Positions 1-13,029 of a stretch of DNA of 64,000 nucleotides are shown here, piece by piece. The translations under genes were made by a program, and so were the position numbers. Every line of letters begins with the position of its first letter. Within the stretch, counting starts at the first letter, position 1. This stretch comes from Lama glama. Its lineage: Eukaryota. The stretch is from assembly GCA_028534125.1 (NCBI GenBank), contig CM052816.1, positions 42,286,001 through 42,350,000 on the forward strand, written 5' to 3'. The notes below the pieces were generated by a model. That model was not told where the DNA came from. It worked only from the letters and a program-made list of their open reading frames with translations, and searched no databases.

Positions 1-18
1 CTTTTCAACAAAAGTTAC

Positions 19-80
19 CTCACATGTGCTGAGAATCTGGTCTGCTGTGAGAGAGTTGATGACTCTGCCCCACTCCGGCC
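19..80 (-). other. Candidate 62-nt exon (PEWGRVINSLTADQILSTCE or GRSGAESSTLSQQTRFSAHV)
   Basis: Acceptor ttttattttatcttgaaatcttactag, donor GAG|gtaact; GC-richer than its flanks; two frames open. Confidence 0.3.
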
Positions 81-1751
81 CTAGTAAGATTTCAAGATAA
101 AATAAAAATCTCTCACAACAACAACAACAAAATAAAGAGTTCCTTCCATCTTTTCATAAAACCCTAAATCCCCAATATTAGAGTCATCCTAATGTTCTCA
201 ATTATTTATTTTTAATTTTTTATCCTATAAGGCATAGCCTTAAGTCTTTTTTTGAACAAAGTACAATATAAATTTTTTAAAAAGAAGCAAACAAATACAT
301 AAATAAATCAATAATTGGAAGATTCCATTCTTTCACAGATTTCAAAGATTTGATCCTTGTGAAAGGGAGAGAGAGGGAGATGGTGTTTTAAGCAATGTTC
401 AGTAATTTTCACTTTAGTGTAAAAAAGTACCTGAGTCTTTCTTAAGAAAAGATTTTGCTAGAAGACAAAAAGTGAGTTTGTTTCACCCTTTTCTGAGAGG
501 CAAATATGTCAGAACGTTCCTTGTTCTGATTTTGGTCCAAGAATAGAATTGAGTTATCTTTAAAATCGAACATCAAAATCTTTCTCTCTCTCAGAAGTAA
601 AATGTTGAGGTATACCCATTGTCTATTTTGTGGAAGAGAAATCATATTTAAATCTAAAATTGAAAAGGAACTTCCCCCTCACATTCCTTTCTTATATTCA
701 AAGGCAAATAATCAAGTTAACCACCCCGTAGTCACATAACCAATAAGAATAAAATGGTAAAGCATTTTTGTCAGAGCGATTACAGAAAACCAGTCCCTTT
801 ATCTTGTGGAATGTTTCTGATTGTTCTGGCCCTCTAAACTTCCCCCCTCCTGTGTTTAAGTCAAAATATCACATCAATAATACATGATGCTCAAATCTTG
901 CAATTTCAGGCTCAAGAATGACATGGAGCATGCAAAACAGACATTACAGCAGACAGTTGTGCTTTGTGGAAACTATGGTGCAATAGCCTGAAAAATAGCT
1001 TCAAGTGATAAAAACGCAGTGCACTGACCCCCTGGAAAGAATTGTGTCCACGGGTCCTGGAAGATGTCTGTTGTCTAACACCCTCACTCCACGTCTGAGC
1101 CCTTTCGCTCCATGTGGTTTTTCCCTGAGGGATCATTATTGGGTTTCATAATGATTAGTTTGTGTATGAAAAAGGAAAGCTCAAGACTATAATTTCATAC
1201 ATACTTTAAAAAAAACATATAAAGAAAATTCAGTAGCGAGACAAGTAATCTCCTGGAGCCCGCTGTGACCAAGAGTATACCTGTGAGGGAGACAAGCTGA
1301 TAACTGAATGTCTCAGCGCCCAAGGGGACAAACCACAGAGAGGAAAGCTTTGTTGTCCCTCTAGTTTAGGGAGCTCTGCAACCCGGGTGCCTGCTTCAGA
1401 CATAAAGAAAGTGCCCACCGAGAAGCAGACAGCAGCTATTAAAGCAAATGAGTATTGAACCATCCAAGTCAGAAATTCAATGAAAAGGAGAGAGGGATAT
1501 CTCTCAATTTTGGTGACCACATACTTAAAAGAGATGCTTCTCAATAAAGACCTAAGTGAAGGGTAGACTGAGGCAAGTTGGGGCTGAAAGCAAGGCCCAG
1601 AAGTAAAAGGCAGATTGAGCACAGAGAGCCTGGAGGAGGAGTTAGGACCACACTGGGAGTCCAGAAGGAAGAGCACCCACCTGGTGAAGGTTTCTCCAGC
1701 ACTACACCTGCAATGCCTCATTTCTCCGCGGATTCCCAAGTCCTCTCATTG

Positions 1752-1968
1752 GGAGAGGCAGTATAGCCTAGAGAAGAGAAAAAGCTGGCTTTAAATCCTG
1801 GGTTGGCCCCACACTCTCTATGGAACCTTGAGCCAATTACTTAATAGCTCTGTACCTCGGTTTTCTCATCTGTGAAGAGAGTTAACAATAAGAGAATCCA
1901 TCCAAGAAAACTCCCCACAACAAAGCTTGGTACATAGCAATGGCTCAAACAATGTTAGATTTTATTAT
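1752..1968 (+). mobile_element. MIR SINE (degraded)
   Basis: MIR core-like 'ccttgagccaattacttaatagctctgtacctcggttttctcatctgtgaa' and tail 'ttggtacatagcaatggctcaaacaatgttag'. Confidence 0.8.
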
Positions 1969-2639
1969 ATTCTTATCCACAGCCATGTCAACATATTACT
2001 TGCCTAAAAACAAAGTGTTGAAAATGTGTCCCACCCTCTCCAGCTGTACTTATGATTTAATGAAAAAGGATAGGTTACTTGTTCACTTTTCCTTCCTTCA
2101 GTGGAATAAACTAAGTTTTCTATATTTTTACTAATATTCATCTCTGTATTCTTCTACATACAAAAAGTAAATCCCTCAAAACAGCAGCATAAACATTAAG
2201 ATCAGTGTGTCTTTTAGAGTAGACAGTGGAGCAGGGGAGAAGTTGGGAGACTGTTTTCCTTTCGGAGACAGAAAATTAAGTGGTAGAAACTGGGAAAGAG
2301 AAGTCTATGGGAAGAAAAAGGGAAATGACAGAAACAACTGAGTGTCGGTCTCTGGATTTTAACTGGATGTACACCACTGACCTGACAAAGACTGACTGTC
2401 CTGCTCAGTCATCGAACCTAGTGATTCTCAAGCGAAGGACATAAGAAGCTAACGGCAGGGAGAAATGAAACTAATGATATATGCTGGACATATGAACACT
2501 AAGCCTGAAAAGTACAAGTTCAAGAATCATGTTGTAAGAGTCATATATGTGACTTTCTTGATTGAGAATGTCTGTTGGAAGGGGCATATATGTGATTTTC
2601 ACATACATTCCCTCAGTGGAAAGCTTTACTCTTGCAGTC

Positions 2640-3265
2640 ATCATCTCTAGACTGAACTAATGTAGCAGCCTTCTAGCTGGGCTTCCTCATTCCACATTCA
2701 TTGACCTGACTGTGGTCCATTTTCCACACAGAGCCTGAGTTATCTTTGTAAAATACAGAAGTATATCACTTCCTGATTAGAACCCATCACACTGAGAATA
2801 AATTCAAATTCCTATCATGGCCTATAAAATCCTTCATTATCTTGCCCTTGTGTTTTTTTTTTCTTGACCTCCTTTTGTACCCTGACCCCAAGTTTTCACT
2901 TCAATGATACTACACTGACCTCTCAATTCCCAGTTCATTCTGACCTCAGGGCCTTTGCTCTGGCTATTCTCTCTCCCTGAAACTCTTCTTTCACAACTGC
3001 TCAGGTCTTGGATCAAATACCACCTCCTTTTTGAAACTACTTCATCTAAAGAAGAGTCCTCCAAAAGTTCTCTGATCCATTTAATTTTCCTTACAGCATT
3101 TGTCACTAGCTGAAATTTTTATGTATTTACCTGAAGGTTTATTATCTCTTTCCCCTTATCAGAACATAGCTTCATAGAGCAGGGATCTTCTTTACCTATT
3201 ATGTAGCTTTGTGCCTGGCATACCATTAGCTCCCACTAGATTTTTATTCAGCATATAAATGAATA
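2640..3265 (+). mobile_element. L2 LINE 3' region
   Basis: L2-type 'cctcagggcctttgctctggctattctctct' and terminal 'gcagggatcttc...gtgcctggcatacc...aaatgaata'. Confidence 0.8.
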
Positions 3266-4164
3266 ATATGCAAATGGAGCCTAAACGCTAAAAAAAAAAA
3301 AGAAGTATGTTTATGAGAATATATTTCTAAGGCATTGAATGGCTCAAAGGATATTAGAACAAATTTTCTCAGGGGTTAGACTTTCAGAAACTTTTGAGCA
3401 CTGTTTATATATTCAATTGACTGATGGCTTCCGTCTAGTTTTTTATGCTTGTAATTCAATGCCTAACCCCTGTCAACAGTTCAAAGCCATTTAGATAATC
3501 TATACAGAGAACACTGGGATAGAAACTCACTAGAGACAACAATCTAGATCAGAACAGCAGACTCAAAAAACTAGTAAGAGGACCTTTGGGCCACTTGGCC
3601 ATTCTGTCTTGATTGTTACAGTAATGCTATTACTTAGAGAGTCACTTAAGCTGTAATAGGATGAAATAGTCACAATAATAAAAAATTATTTTAAAATAAC
3701 ATAAGTCCCAGTCAAAGCCTCCTTTCATAGAAATAAACATATATTTGCTGCCATTTTAAACTAATATGCTATTTGAGATTGGAAAGAATGAGTCACTGAT
3801 CACGTAAATTCAAAATTTCGGCACAAACATGTTATGTGTTTGGCATTTTTACATATCCATATTTCATAATTAGGTTCATAACTTCTTTTCCTTATGTGAA
3901 GCTAATTTCTCTTTTAAACTCAAAGCAAACCGTGCTTTAAAAATAGTTTAATGCTTTCACTTTGTGTTGCTGTTCAGATAACCGGTTATCTCAAATGTAA
4001 CTTTTAAATAACCAATAATAAAACATGAGATATTAAGAGGATCTTCAAATATTAATGCTGTAACAAAATGCTCTCCTTACGAATTTGATAGGATCTTTTA
4101 TCACAGATGCCTCAAGACGCGGGGATTCACTTCATCTGTTTCCCAAGGTGTCAGGCAATTTAAC

Positions 4165-4320
4165 TTACAATTTCCTGGAGGATCTATTAAAAATACAGAT
4201 TCTTTAGTCCCATTCATGAAGTTTCTGTTTCTACGGATCTAAGTTGAGGTCCAGGAATCTGTATTTGTTTAAAGGGCTTTCCAGGTGTTACTGAGGCCTG
4301 CCCAGCTTAGAAAAAGTGAT
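4165..4320. mobile_element. MER5A-like hAT-Charlie MITE
   Basis: 'ttaaaaatacagattc...ggtccaggaatctgtatttgtttaaag...ccaggtg' matches the MER5A internal pattern. Confidence 0.7.
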
Positions 4321-5222
4321 TTTAATCCAACTTCCAACTTTTAGTCCAGAATACTTTTAACCATATTTCTAACAAATTGCTACTCAGATGTGTTTTGAGC
4401 TCTTCCAAAGGGGATAATTCCATCTCCATGTAGTTTGTTAATATCTATTGGAAAGGTTTGATTGTCAGAAAGCTTTTTACACTGAACTGAAATGGATCTG
4501 CCAGTGACTTCCTCCCATAGGTCTAGCTCTGCCCTCTGGCATAACAAGGGTTATTATATGAAAGCCCTTTATGCATTTTAATACAGATTTCAAGTGCCCA
4601 CAAGTTTTTCTTCTATAGCTAAAGAGCCAGTTTCCCAAACAATCGCTCAAAGATCCTATATCCTCCAAGGTATTCCTGAACCCTACTGCACTATCCATAT
4701 TCTCTTTTCAGAGCCTTCCCCTCCACCACTGTCAGCGCTAGTGTCCCTCACCCAGCTATGAGCCAAGTGACCCTGCCTAGCAATGAAGCGGTATGTTGCC
4801 AGAGATCATATGGAACTGTCCCATACCCTGCACTGTTGGCTCTCAAATGCTGACATGCCAAATGACCCCACAGTGTGAAGAAACTGTCACCAGTCTATGG
4901 TGAAAGGAGAAAAATGGCTAAATTCATTGGATCTAAAAGACTGTAGGACTTTCTTCCTATATAGAGTCCTGTCCCATCTTTTTGAAATTTAATTTTTATT
5001 TTAAATGAAAATATAAAGATAATAGATGGTTTGCTTGGTTGGTTTGTTGTACTAGAAAGTTAGCCATTTTATGTTGATGAGCCCTATTTCTTTAAAAGTT
5101 TTATCGGTTCATGAAGATCAAAATCCAGGAACCACTGTCCTAGACTTGCCTCTTGTACTGATGTTCCAATAATAGTCTCTAATCCAACCCTTGTCAATGG
5201 AACACCTACCACTTCACAAGAC

Positions 5223-5404
5223 ACAGTTGCTCTCAAATAATTAGATCATTAGAATCAACAGAGTTTTAGGAAAATATAGATTCCCAGGACCCATTACCAG
5301 AAATAATGGTTCAGTAGGTCTGAGGTGAGGTTTGGTATCTGCTTTTTTTTTTTTTTTAAAGCCCCTCAAGTGATCCTGATGATCACCCAGGATTAGAAAA
5401 CACT
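5223..5404. mobile_element. MER5A-like hAT-Charlie MITE
   Basis: Termini 'cagttgctctcaaa' ... 'ttagaaaacact'; internal 'gattcccaggaccc...ttcagtaggtctgaggtgagg'. Confidence 0.8.
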
Positions 5405-6179
5405 CTCATGATATGCATTTATTCAGTGCATCTCTTCTATGTATTTATAACTTACTATCACCAGGTAGCAGGGTTAATTAGGAGAACAGGAGTCTGGTCA
5501 AGTGTATCAAAGCAGCCAGGCAGATCTTGATATACAAATGTTTAGCCAGCTTTCTCCCTTAGGTATGGAGACATCTTCAATTGTTACCCTTTCCTCCTCT
5601 TCTAGCCTTTCTCTTTTCAGGCCAGGGGTCTTCTGCTTTGGGTTTAGACACACTTGCTCTACCTGCCTAACTCTACCCAATAAACTGACCTCAACACTCT
5701 TGGGTTTTATCAATATTCCTATTAAAGTGTAGTGTCCAGAACCAGACATAATACCAATACATAATAATCCCTTTAATAATCTGTACACTAAACATCTATT
5801 AATACAACTTCACATCACCTTTGTTTTTATAGAAGCACCAGCAAACTGATGTTATTTGAGGTTTGGACCAACCCATACTATCTGGTTTTACCTGAATTTC
5901 AACAAGCAGGTTTCCCTCATCCAATACAACTCATGCCTACAAGTACAACTTCAAGTTACACACTTATTCAAGGTATACAACTTCAAGTTCTATCCATTTG
6001 ATTCAGTATCTTTTCAAAAGATTGTATCATTTTCGATTACAATTTTGCCATCCAATACATTGAATTTCTTTTCCAGAAAGTATCTTATGTAATGGGTTTC
6101 ATGTGAACTTGAGAAATAGAATATCTGTGCAGGCATTCAAATAATTGATAATACATATTTTAACAGTGATGGCAGAAAA

Positions 6180-6375
6180 CACTGTGTTTCTTAAAGATTT
6201 TGCTTGGAAGTGGCTAATGTCACTTCTCACATTCCACTGACTATATAGCAAGATAACATGGCCAAGCCTGACACTTATGGGGAAGGAAGTATAATCTTCC
6301 TATACAAAAGGGCCCAATTGAAAGGTGCCTGCAGGAAAGGGTAGCAAATACTGAAAACACATAATATAACTTATC
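6180..6375 (-). mobile_element. MLT1 (MaLR) LTR fragment
   Basis: 'ttggaagtggctaatgtcacttctcacattccactg...catggccaagcctgac...ggaagtataatcttcc' is typical of old MLT1K/L in antisense. Confidence 0.7.
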
Positions 6376-7142
6376 ATTGCCCCTTTTAGAAAATTGGGAT
6401 CGTATGCACCTTTCTCCAGTCTTTTGAATTCTCTTCCCTGTTCTCCAAAATTTCTCAAAGAATATGATAATACTATGATAATAACAATGATATCATTTGT
6501 TGCCTAAAATGTAATTTGTCTGGGCCTGGGATCTGAATTCACCTCAGATCTTTAAGTTATCATTAAGCTTCTCTTATTGTGGATGCCAGTGACTTCTTAA
6601 CTTCTCTCAATATTGCCAGCTTGAAGGTCATTCTTCTCAGTATAGAAAGAAAAAAAAGCGGAAGTAGAGTGTTTTCTTTTAACACGATACCATCATTCTC
6701 AAGCAATGGACCTATAATTTTCATCTATCTATTGTTCTGAAAATAGCTCTAAAAATTGCTGCTGCAGTCTCTAGTGGTTTTGTGAGCCTCAGCTAATCCT
6801 TGTCGTTAACTCTCTTAAATTCGTGTCCTATTCCTTTGTGTTCTCCTTAGTTATATATTCCCCTATCCACAATTTACACAGATATCTTCCTGCCATAGAG
6901 CTCACAGTGCAAATATGACAGGTTCTCTGCCTGCTTTCCCATTTACTTTCCATTAAGAGTGGTTTTAATTGTGCAGCCAGAATTCCATAATTCAGTCTCC
7001 TCATAACCATGGAATTACATTCATTTTTAGTCTCCTCTTGAAAATGCCTTTATTTTCTAAAGAAAATAGTTTATCAACTATTATTTGATACATCACCTTT
7101 ATTCTATCCTCATGGTTCATTTTTTAATGACATGATTATGAG

Positions 7143-7388
7143 GGACAATATAGCATAAACGTTAAGAGCTCAGTCTCTGGATAGGAAATCTGAATCTTGT
7201 CTTTTTTACTCATGAGTTGTGTGACCTTGGGCAAATTAGTTAACCTTTCTGTGCCTCAGTTACCTCAACTGTTTGATGATTATAGTACTTTCTTTATACT
7301 GTTATTGTAAGAATTCAATGAGTTAATATATATAAAGTACTCGGAAGGGTGCCTGGCATAAAAGTAGCCCTATGTGCCTGTTATTATT
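7143..7388 (+). mobile_element. MIR SINE, near full length
   Basis: 'tgtgtgaccttgggcaaattagttaacctttctgtgcctcagtt' core; 'aatgagttaatatatataaagtactcggaagggtgcctggcata' tail. Confidence 0.9.
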
Positions 7389-7579
7389 GGATCATATAGT
7401 TCAAAGTGCCTCAGGCATGGTAGTTTTCTGCTTCTGCTAAGATACAGAAGTTATAATTTCTTATAATCTTACAGAGTAGTATTCTTCTTTAGAATAATTC
7501 CCTGAAGAAATAGCTTACTAAACTACTCATCAAACTGGGAACTAGCACCTACAGGAAGAGTATGGGAAAAGAGTTACAG

Positions 7580-9130
7580 TTCAAGCTGATGGGCTGACAA
7601 CTCAGGCTGCCTGACCTTCTTCCTGAGATCATGAAAGAGAATAAAGAAACTCATAAGAGAGTGAAGCCTTCACAGCAAAGAGAACAAGAAAGTAGAATCA
7701 ACAAATTCCTAGGAACAGAAAGCAGACAGACTCCTATGGCCACACGTAATGGAGCACAGGAGGCTGCAGCACAGAACAGCAGAATGGGCCCCAGCAAAGG
7801 GGTGGAGCCTAATTTCCCACAAAACTTTGGAGAAGCTCCCAGCTCAGAGTGAACAGATACGGTGGGGAACAGTGAAAACAAGGGGTCATTTAAAATCTGT
7901 AAATAAAATAGCTGCACTAGTACATAAACACACACACAAACACACACACACACACATATCTAACACACCCAGGACCCCTGCATGCAAAATAAAAAGCAAC
8001 CCAGTGAACCCAGTGTTCACTCCTATGAGAGTGAACAGGCACCTAAAGGAATTGAATAAGCTGCCCGGGAAAAGTATAAGCTTCTAGTGTAAGTTCTGAT
8101 TTCTCAGTCTCTCACCCACTCACCCTTACGAAAGTCCTGCATATAATAAGCCCTACCTATATACAAAGAGCTTTCAACTCAGGGAAGAGGCATTTGGGGG
8201 AAAGAACCTGACCAATGCAGTCAAGAAAACTGCACCCCAACCTGGAATAATCAACCTAAACATTTATCCTAAAATAGGAGCTGAAAATCAAGGATGAACA
8301 GACATATGAGGAAGACTAACAGCATTAAAGAGAAAGATCAAGATAAAATCAGAGCCATGGACCCAGGAGATTATAGTGGAAATGCAAGGAACAGAAGAAA
8401 TCTTTTCCTTAAATTGTAATTAGACTTCTCATGAGTTTTTAAATGATGCTGTAATCTTAAAAATAAGAACAAGAATCTACAAAAATGGAATAGATCACAG
8501 TAAGAACTAGCTCAATTTTTTAAATGCAAAACTCAAAAATTCATAAAAGGGGAGTAAAATTAAAAAAAACAGAACATAATGGAAAAATTAAAAGATGAAG
8601 CAGATGACAGAGAAGATAAGAGTCACAAAGTATCAACCCACAAACTTCAGTGTTCAGCCAATTAGGTTTCCCGAAAGAGAACAGAGAAAATAGAAGTAAT
8701 TTTTTTAATGAAGAAAATTTAGAAAGATACAGGCACCACTTTGAAAAGACCACTGAATATTATCACCACCTGACATACAATTGATTCAAGAAGTATATCT
8801 AAAGTTGAGGCAACAAGAAATAAAACATACTATTATCACAGACATAGAAAAAGTAACAACAGAAAATCCAAAATTGATAATATAATATCAAACATTGAGA
8901 GAAAGAATGGAAGATTAGTAGTGTTTCAGTAAGTTAAATCCACAATATTCACAGGAGAGAAACATAAATAATTAAAGTTGATTTAATCAATAGATAAACT
9001 GTAAGCACATTACTATATTTCTAGGAGAAACCATTGAAAAAGTTCGAAGTGATTTTAACTGAGAAAAATGTGATTTGCAAAAAACGACAGAGAACAGTAT
9101 ATTTTACTAGTAAATCTTTCTATACTAGAC
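7580..9130 (+). mobile_element. HAL1 / ancient L1M 5'-ORF1-like remnant
   Basis: Purine-rich degraded ORF1-like tracts ('aacagacatatgaggaagactaacagcattaaagagaaagatcaa', 'aattaggtttcccgaaagagaacagagaaaatagaag'). Confidence 0.55.
7925..7956. repeat. Interrupted (CA)n microsatellite
   Basis: 'acacacacacaaacacacacacacacacata'. Confidence 0.9.
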
Positions 9131-9589
9131 GATTTTTTTAAATTTAGAGTCTCATTCTCTATTCAGGCTAGCATTTTTTTGTGCAATATGAAGGCTTAGG
9201 CTGATACAGATGGCAAGCAGTGACTCACATGAGATAACAGTATGACCCATGGCCAGGCTCTATGGGAAAATGGAGACAGCCCTGGATGGGAGAGTGGATC
9301 AGTGACTTGGCTGACCAAAGGTGATCAATCATCACTTAGGTAACTACAAAGGTGTTTGCAGTCTCCTTCCAAAACTCCTGGCAAGAACCTGTTTTCAGCT
9401 TGACTGGGCTGCCAAGGTTCCCATGGCTTGGTAGAGATGAGACTCTTTAATGGACACCATTCTGCCACTATCAAGCTCAGGTTTCAGTACCTCTGTAAAG
9501 CTCTAACCTTGCACGGGAACTTAAAGGAGATAAAACAACATTTTCACAGTTGTTTTTAACTTCTCAGCTACTGAGTTGAACTCTTCAAC

Positions 9590-9810
9590 AAAGATCACTG
9601 AATGCAAGGCACCATGGGAAATACCCAGATAAACAAGACGGATTTGTTCTTTCAGAGAGCTTAGGGGCCACTGGGCAAGAAAGGATTGTATGTAACAAAT
9701 TTTAATACAAGGCTAAGTGCAAGTGAATTGGAGCATAAAAAAGGAAGAAAGTGTTTCCAACTGAGGAAGGGAACAAGAAAGACAGAAGATGCTAGAAGTG
9801 AGCTGGGATC
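9590..9810 (-). mobile_element. L2 fragment
   Basis: 'tgcaaggcaccatgggaaatacccagataaacaagac...gagagcttag' is an antisense L2 3' pattern. Confidence 0.55.
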
Positions 9811-10204
9811 CTAGGCCGTGGGTCAACGGGATGCCTGCAGGCTGGTGCTGTGGTACAGCTGTGACTTGGGATGTAATCTGAGAGCAGTATTAACTGAGCT
9901 GTACCTGTCCTGGCCAAGCACAGTGTTGGTGTCTCTAGTTTGGGGTGGCTCTGAATTTCTGTGATTAAATGCTACATTCATTTCAAATGCCTTGCTTACC
10001 CACATATTCATATTTTCCTTGGAAAACACTAATTGGTTAAGTATAAATCTCACAGAGTACAGAAGTCTGCATTGTGGTATAAGCAAACCAGAGTCCATTC
10101 ATAACTCCAACTAAATCCAAAATTCTGGGCAGTTTCTATTTTGAAGACCATATCTCAACATGTGTTCATGTCCATATGTCTACATTCTGCCCTCAAGTCC
10201 AGAA

Positions 10205-10405
10205 GATTAAAGAACCAGTTAAAATTGGGAGGGATTTCGACAACTATTATTCCATATAACCCTATCATTTTACAGATGAAGAAACTAGGCCAAAGTAGAG
10301 TAAATGCGACTTCCCAACGTTACACAACCACAAGGAGCAAAGCTTGGACTTAAACCAACTTTTCGAATGCAGGTTCAGAAGCTCTTTTTTCTGGATACTG
10401 TGCTG
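10205..10405 (-). mobile_element. MIR SINE
   Basis: 'tcattttacagatgaagaaactaggcc...gacttcccaacgttacacaac' antisense MIR core. Confidence 0.8.
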
Positions 10406-10839
10406 AAAGAAAAATGAGAGGACAGGAAAAAATCAAAGGTAATAAAGAAATTAGAAGTAACGCTTAATTAACTTATTGGCAATAGATGTAGAATTATCAA
10501 TGTTTCTGAAATAAATTTCAAATAGCTTTTAAGAGATCTACTTTTCCTGAGATTTTTTTTTCTACTTGGGTAAAATGTATGCATTTTGGCAAAATATAAA
10601 CTACTTCTTTTCAAACTATTGTAACTAATTTTTTAAATTATTTAAATTTTAAATAATTATTAACAATACACATATTTGTTCTGTTAAAGTAGCCAGGAAA
10701 ATGATAATTAGCTAATCATCCACTTATGTATAATTTTTGTTTTATCAAAGCAAAATTAGAAAATATTTTAAAAATAGATACTCTCATTTTTACCTAATGT
10801 TTATACCCAAGACATTGTATTTTTAAAACAGACTGTATT

Positions 10840-10940
10840 AGAACAGAGATTGTTGTTTGCTTATGACTATCAGCATCTATGAGCATCTTGCATAGCACCT
10901 GTCATATATATATACTCAAAAATATTGGCTGAATGAATTA
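10840..10940 (+). mobile_element. L2 3' terminus
   Basis: 'gcatagcacctgtcatata...actcaaaaatattggctgaatgaat'. Confidence 0.6.
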
Positions 10941-11834
10941 ATACTATATCATATTAAAATTGTCTATCAACCTTTGTATATCACATATTATATCTACTAT
11001 TTATATTATAAAAATCTGATGTATAACACTAATATTTGGATGAGTTCAAAACTTTGCCAACCCTTGATTTAAGATGAATCCATTCTTTTCCAAATAAGAT
11101 TCCATGATAAAAAAGGTCATTCTCTAAACCCATCTGTAATTAAATCCTGGGTGACAGAGCCTGTGCTGAAGAGGATTACTGCTCTCCTTCTTTCCATACC
11201 ACAGCCCAGAGGAGGGTTCTAGAGGTGAAGCCCTTGACTTCAGATCCTACTCCCAAATGCAAGTGAGGACTTCCTGACTAGCCAAGAGCCTCCAGTTCAA
11301 ATCACCAGATACTTTCTCAATAGCGTCCTACAGACCACTAACAGGCTAACTAGGAAACACCCTAGGGACTATCAAGGGAACTTCAAACCCAGCGGGCTAC
11401 TTGCCAGGGCATAACATGCAGAAGTATACACCAAGAAAGGAGAACAAAGAGAGGAACTCAAAGTTTTATCAAGAACATTAAGAACTTCACTGAGGCAATT
11501 AAAGATAGATACTAAACATAAAGGACATTTTTTAAATTAAGAGGACTTTATTTAAATGTTATATGTATAAATAAGAAGTTAACACAGCTCTTGTTATCTT
11601 TATCTGTTTTATAGAAATGAGAAAAATGTTGTGTTTTGAAAACTGGTATCACTAAGGTCATCAACTGTTCAAAAAAACAACAAATAAAACTGCCATTTCT
11701 AATCTTCCTTGGTATGTTTATACAACAAAAAAAGAAATGTTATAATAATTGCTAAATTGTCTACTTTAATGTCTGCATATTTATGCAGATAACTATAAAT
11801 AAAATATTGCAAGTTTGGCCCTTTTTTCAGTTAC

Positions 11835-11883
11835 TTGTATATAAAGTCACTTAAAGTATAAAATGATATTATCCCGCATTCCC
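11835..11883 (-). other. Candidate 49-nt exon (one open frame: ECGIISFYTLSDFIY)
   Basis: Acceptor ttttgtttgtggttatttctttattag, donor CAA|gtaact; not repeat-derived. Confidence 0.25.
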
Positions 11884-13029
11884 CTAATAAAGAAATAACC
11901 ACAAACAAAATCTTGAGAAAAATAAAAATAAAAACACAGAATCAAGAGTTAGGGATGCTGTGTTCTTCTTAACAGCTTCTACCACTGAGTCACCAGTGAT
12001 GCTCCAGCTGTCTACACTTTACTTTTCTCCTTCTGAGAAACAAAGACCTGAGTCACAGTCTTACATGATCGAGAGAAATGAGAAAAAATAGCAAACAGGA
12101 CTTGTAAGTCCTAACCTCCTTGGAGGTTAACTGCAGCTCCCTAAGACCATTTGACTCCCGGTGTCCCAAGTCCCCCTCAGAAGGTAACAACAGCCCCAGG
12201 AAGGAGGCACAGGACAAAACCAGGTCCTGATGCACATAATCAGCAAACTTATCAGGATTTGTCCAAATTTTCATTTGAAGGAAAATTTTTGCCCTGACTC
12301 CAGAGGGAGAAAAATCCTGGTATATAAATTTTGACCTTTTCTAATATAATTGAATCTGGGACTAAAAGTAATATGAAAAATTTCAGCTCAGGTGAAGATT
12401 TTCAGAGATTCTATCAAGGACTGAGAGAAATAACAATTTTATCATTTTATAAACATAAACATGTTTCCTGTTGTGAATATTCTCAGAGACACCCATGAAT
12501 TCTTATCTGATGGCAAGAGAAAAGAAGTATGATAAGGGTGTGAAAAAGGAAAAGGAAAGCGGGGTGTTGTGTAATAACTTGGTATATAAGCATACATTAG
12601 CATATAGAACAATTATCTTAAATAAACTGATCATCGGCTTGGCAGCTTGGTTCTAGATGCAGTTTGGACTTCCCCAGGATTCTCGAGGATGGGCAGCTGA
12701 ACCTGCCAGCCAGGTCACGGGGAGGTCTGTCTGCTCACTAGGTTGATCCCAGCTAGACTTACTTGTTCCTGAATCCGCTGTCTGCATGAAGAAATTATAC
12801 TCTGCCCATTTCCTTCAACTACAGTAGTTAAGTGTTTCCACTGAGCTAGTGACTTATTTTACCTGAGATTGGGAATATGTTTTATTTTTTAAAAAACATC
12901 CTTTACCTCAGCAATTTTCATCACTTTTCTAAATGTTTTCTTTAATGTGTCTTTCCTTCTTTATTCCCACTTTTCAAATTTTCCCTTTTCTCATTTTAAC
13001 TTTTTTTTCCTCTGCCATTTTCTATGCAG

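Larger units (their letters stand above)
4330..7000 (-). mobile_element. CR1/L3 LINE, fragmented by later insertions (pieces ~4330-4710, ~5700-6170, ~6380-7000)
   Basis: ORF 4477-4698(-) 'FSYRRKTCGHLKSVLKCIKGFH...EGRARPMG' resembles the CR1 ORF2 C-terminus (FSLEKRRLRGDMIAVFKYLKG...EGRTR). Further L3-like tracts 'taaagtgtagtgtccagaacc' and 'gaaaattgggat...ctccagtctt...tttctcaaaga'. Confidence 0.7.

Noticed and set aside
431..653. 223-nt minus-strand exon candidate overlapping ORF 442-645
   Set aside because: Moderate donor, a stop before the donor, AT-rich non-coding composition.
1230..1739. 169-aa minus-strand ORF
   Set aside because: No recognisable homology, no convincing splice or start context, and it may overlap degraded L2-like sequence.
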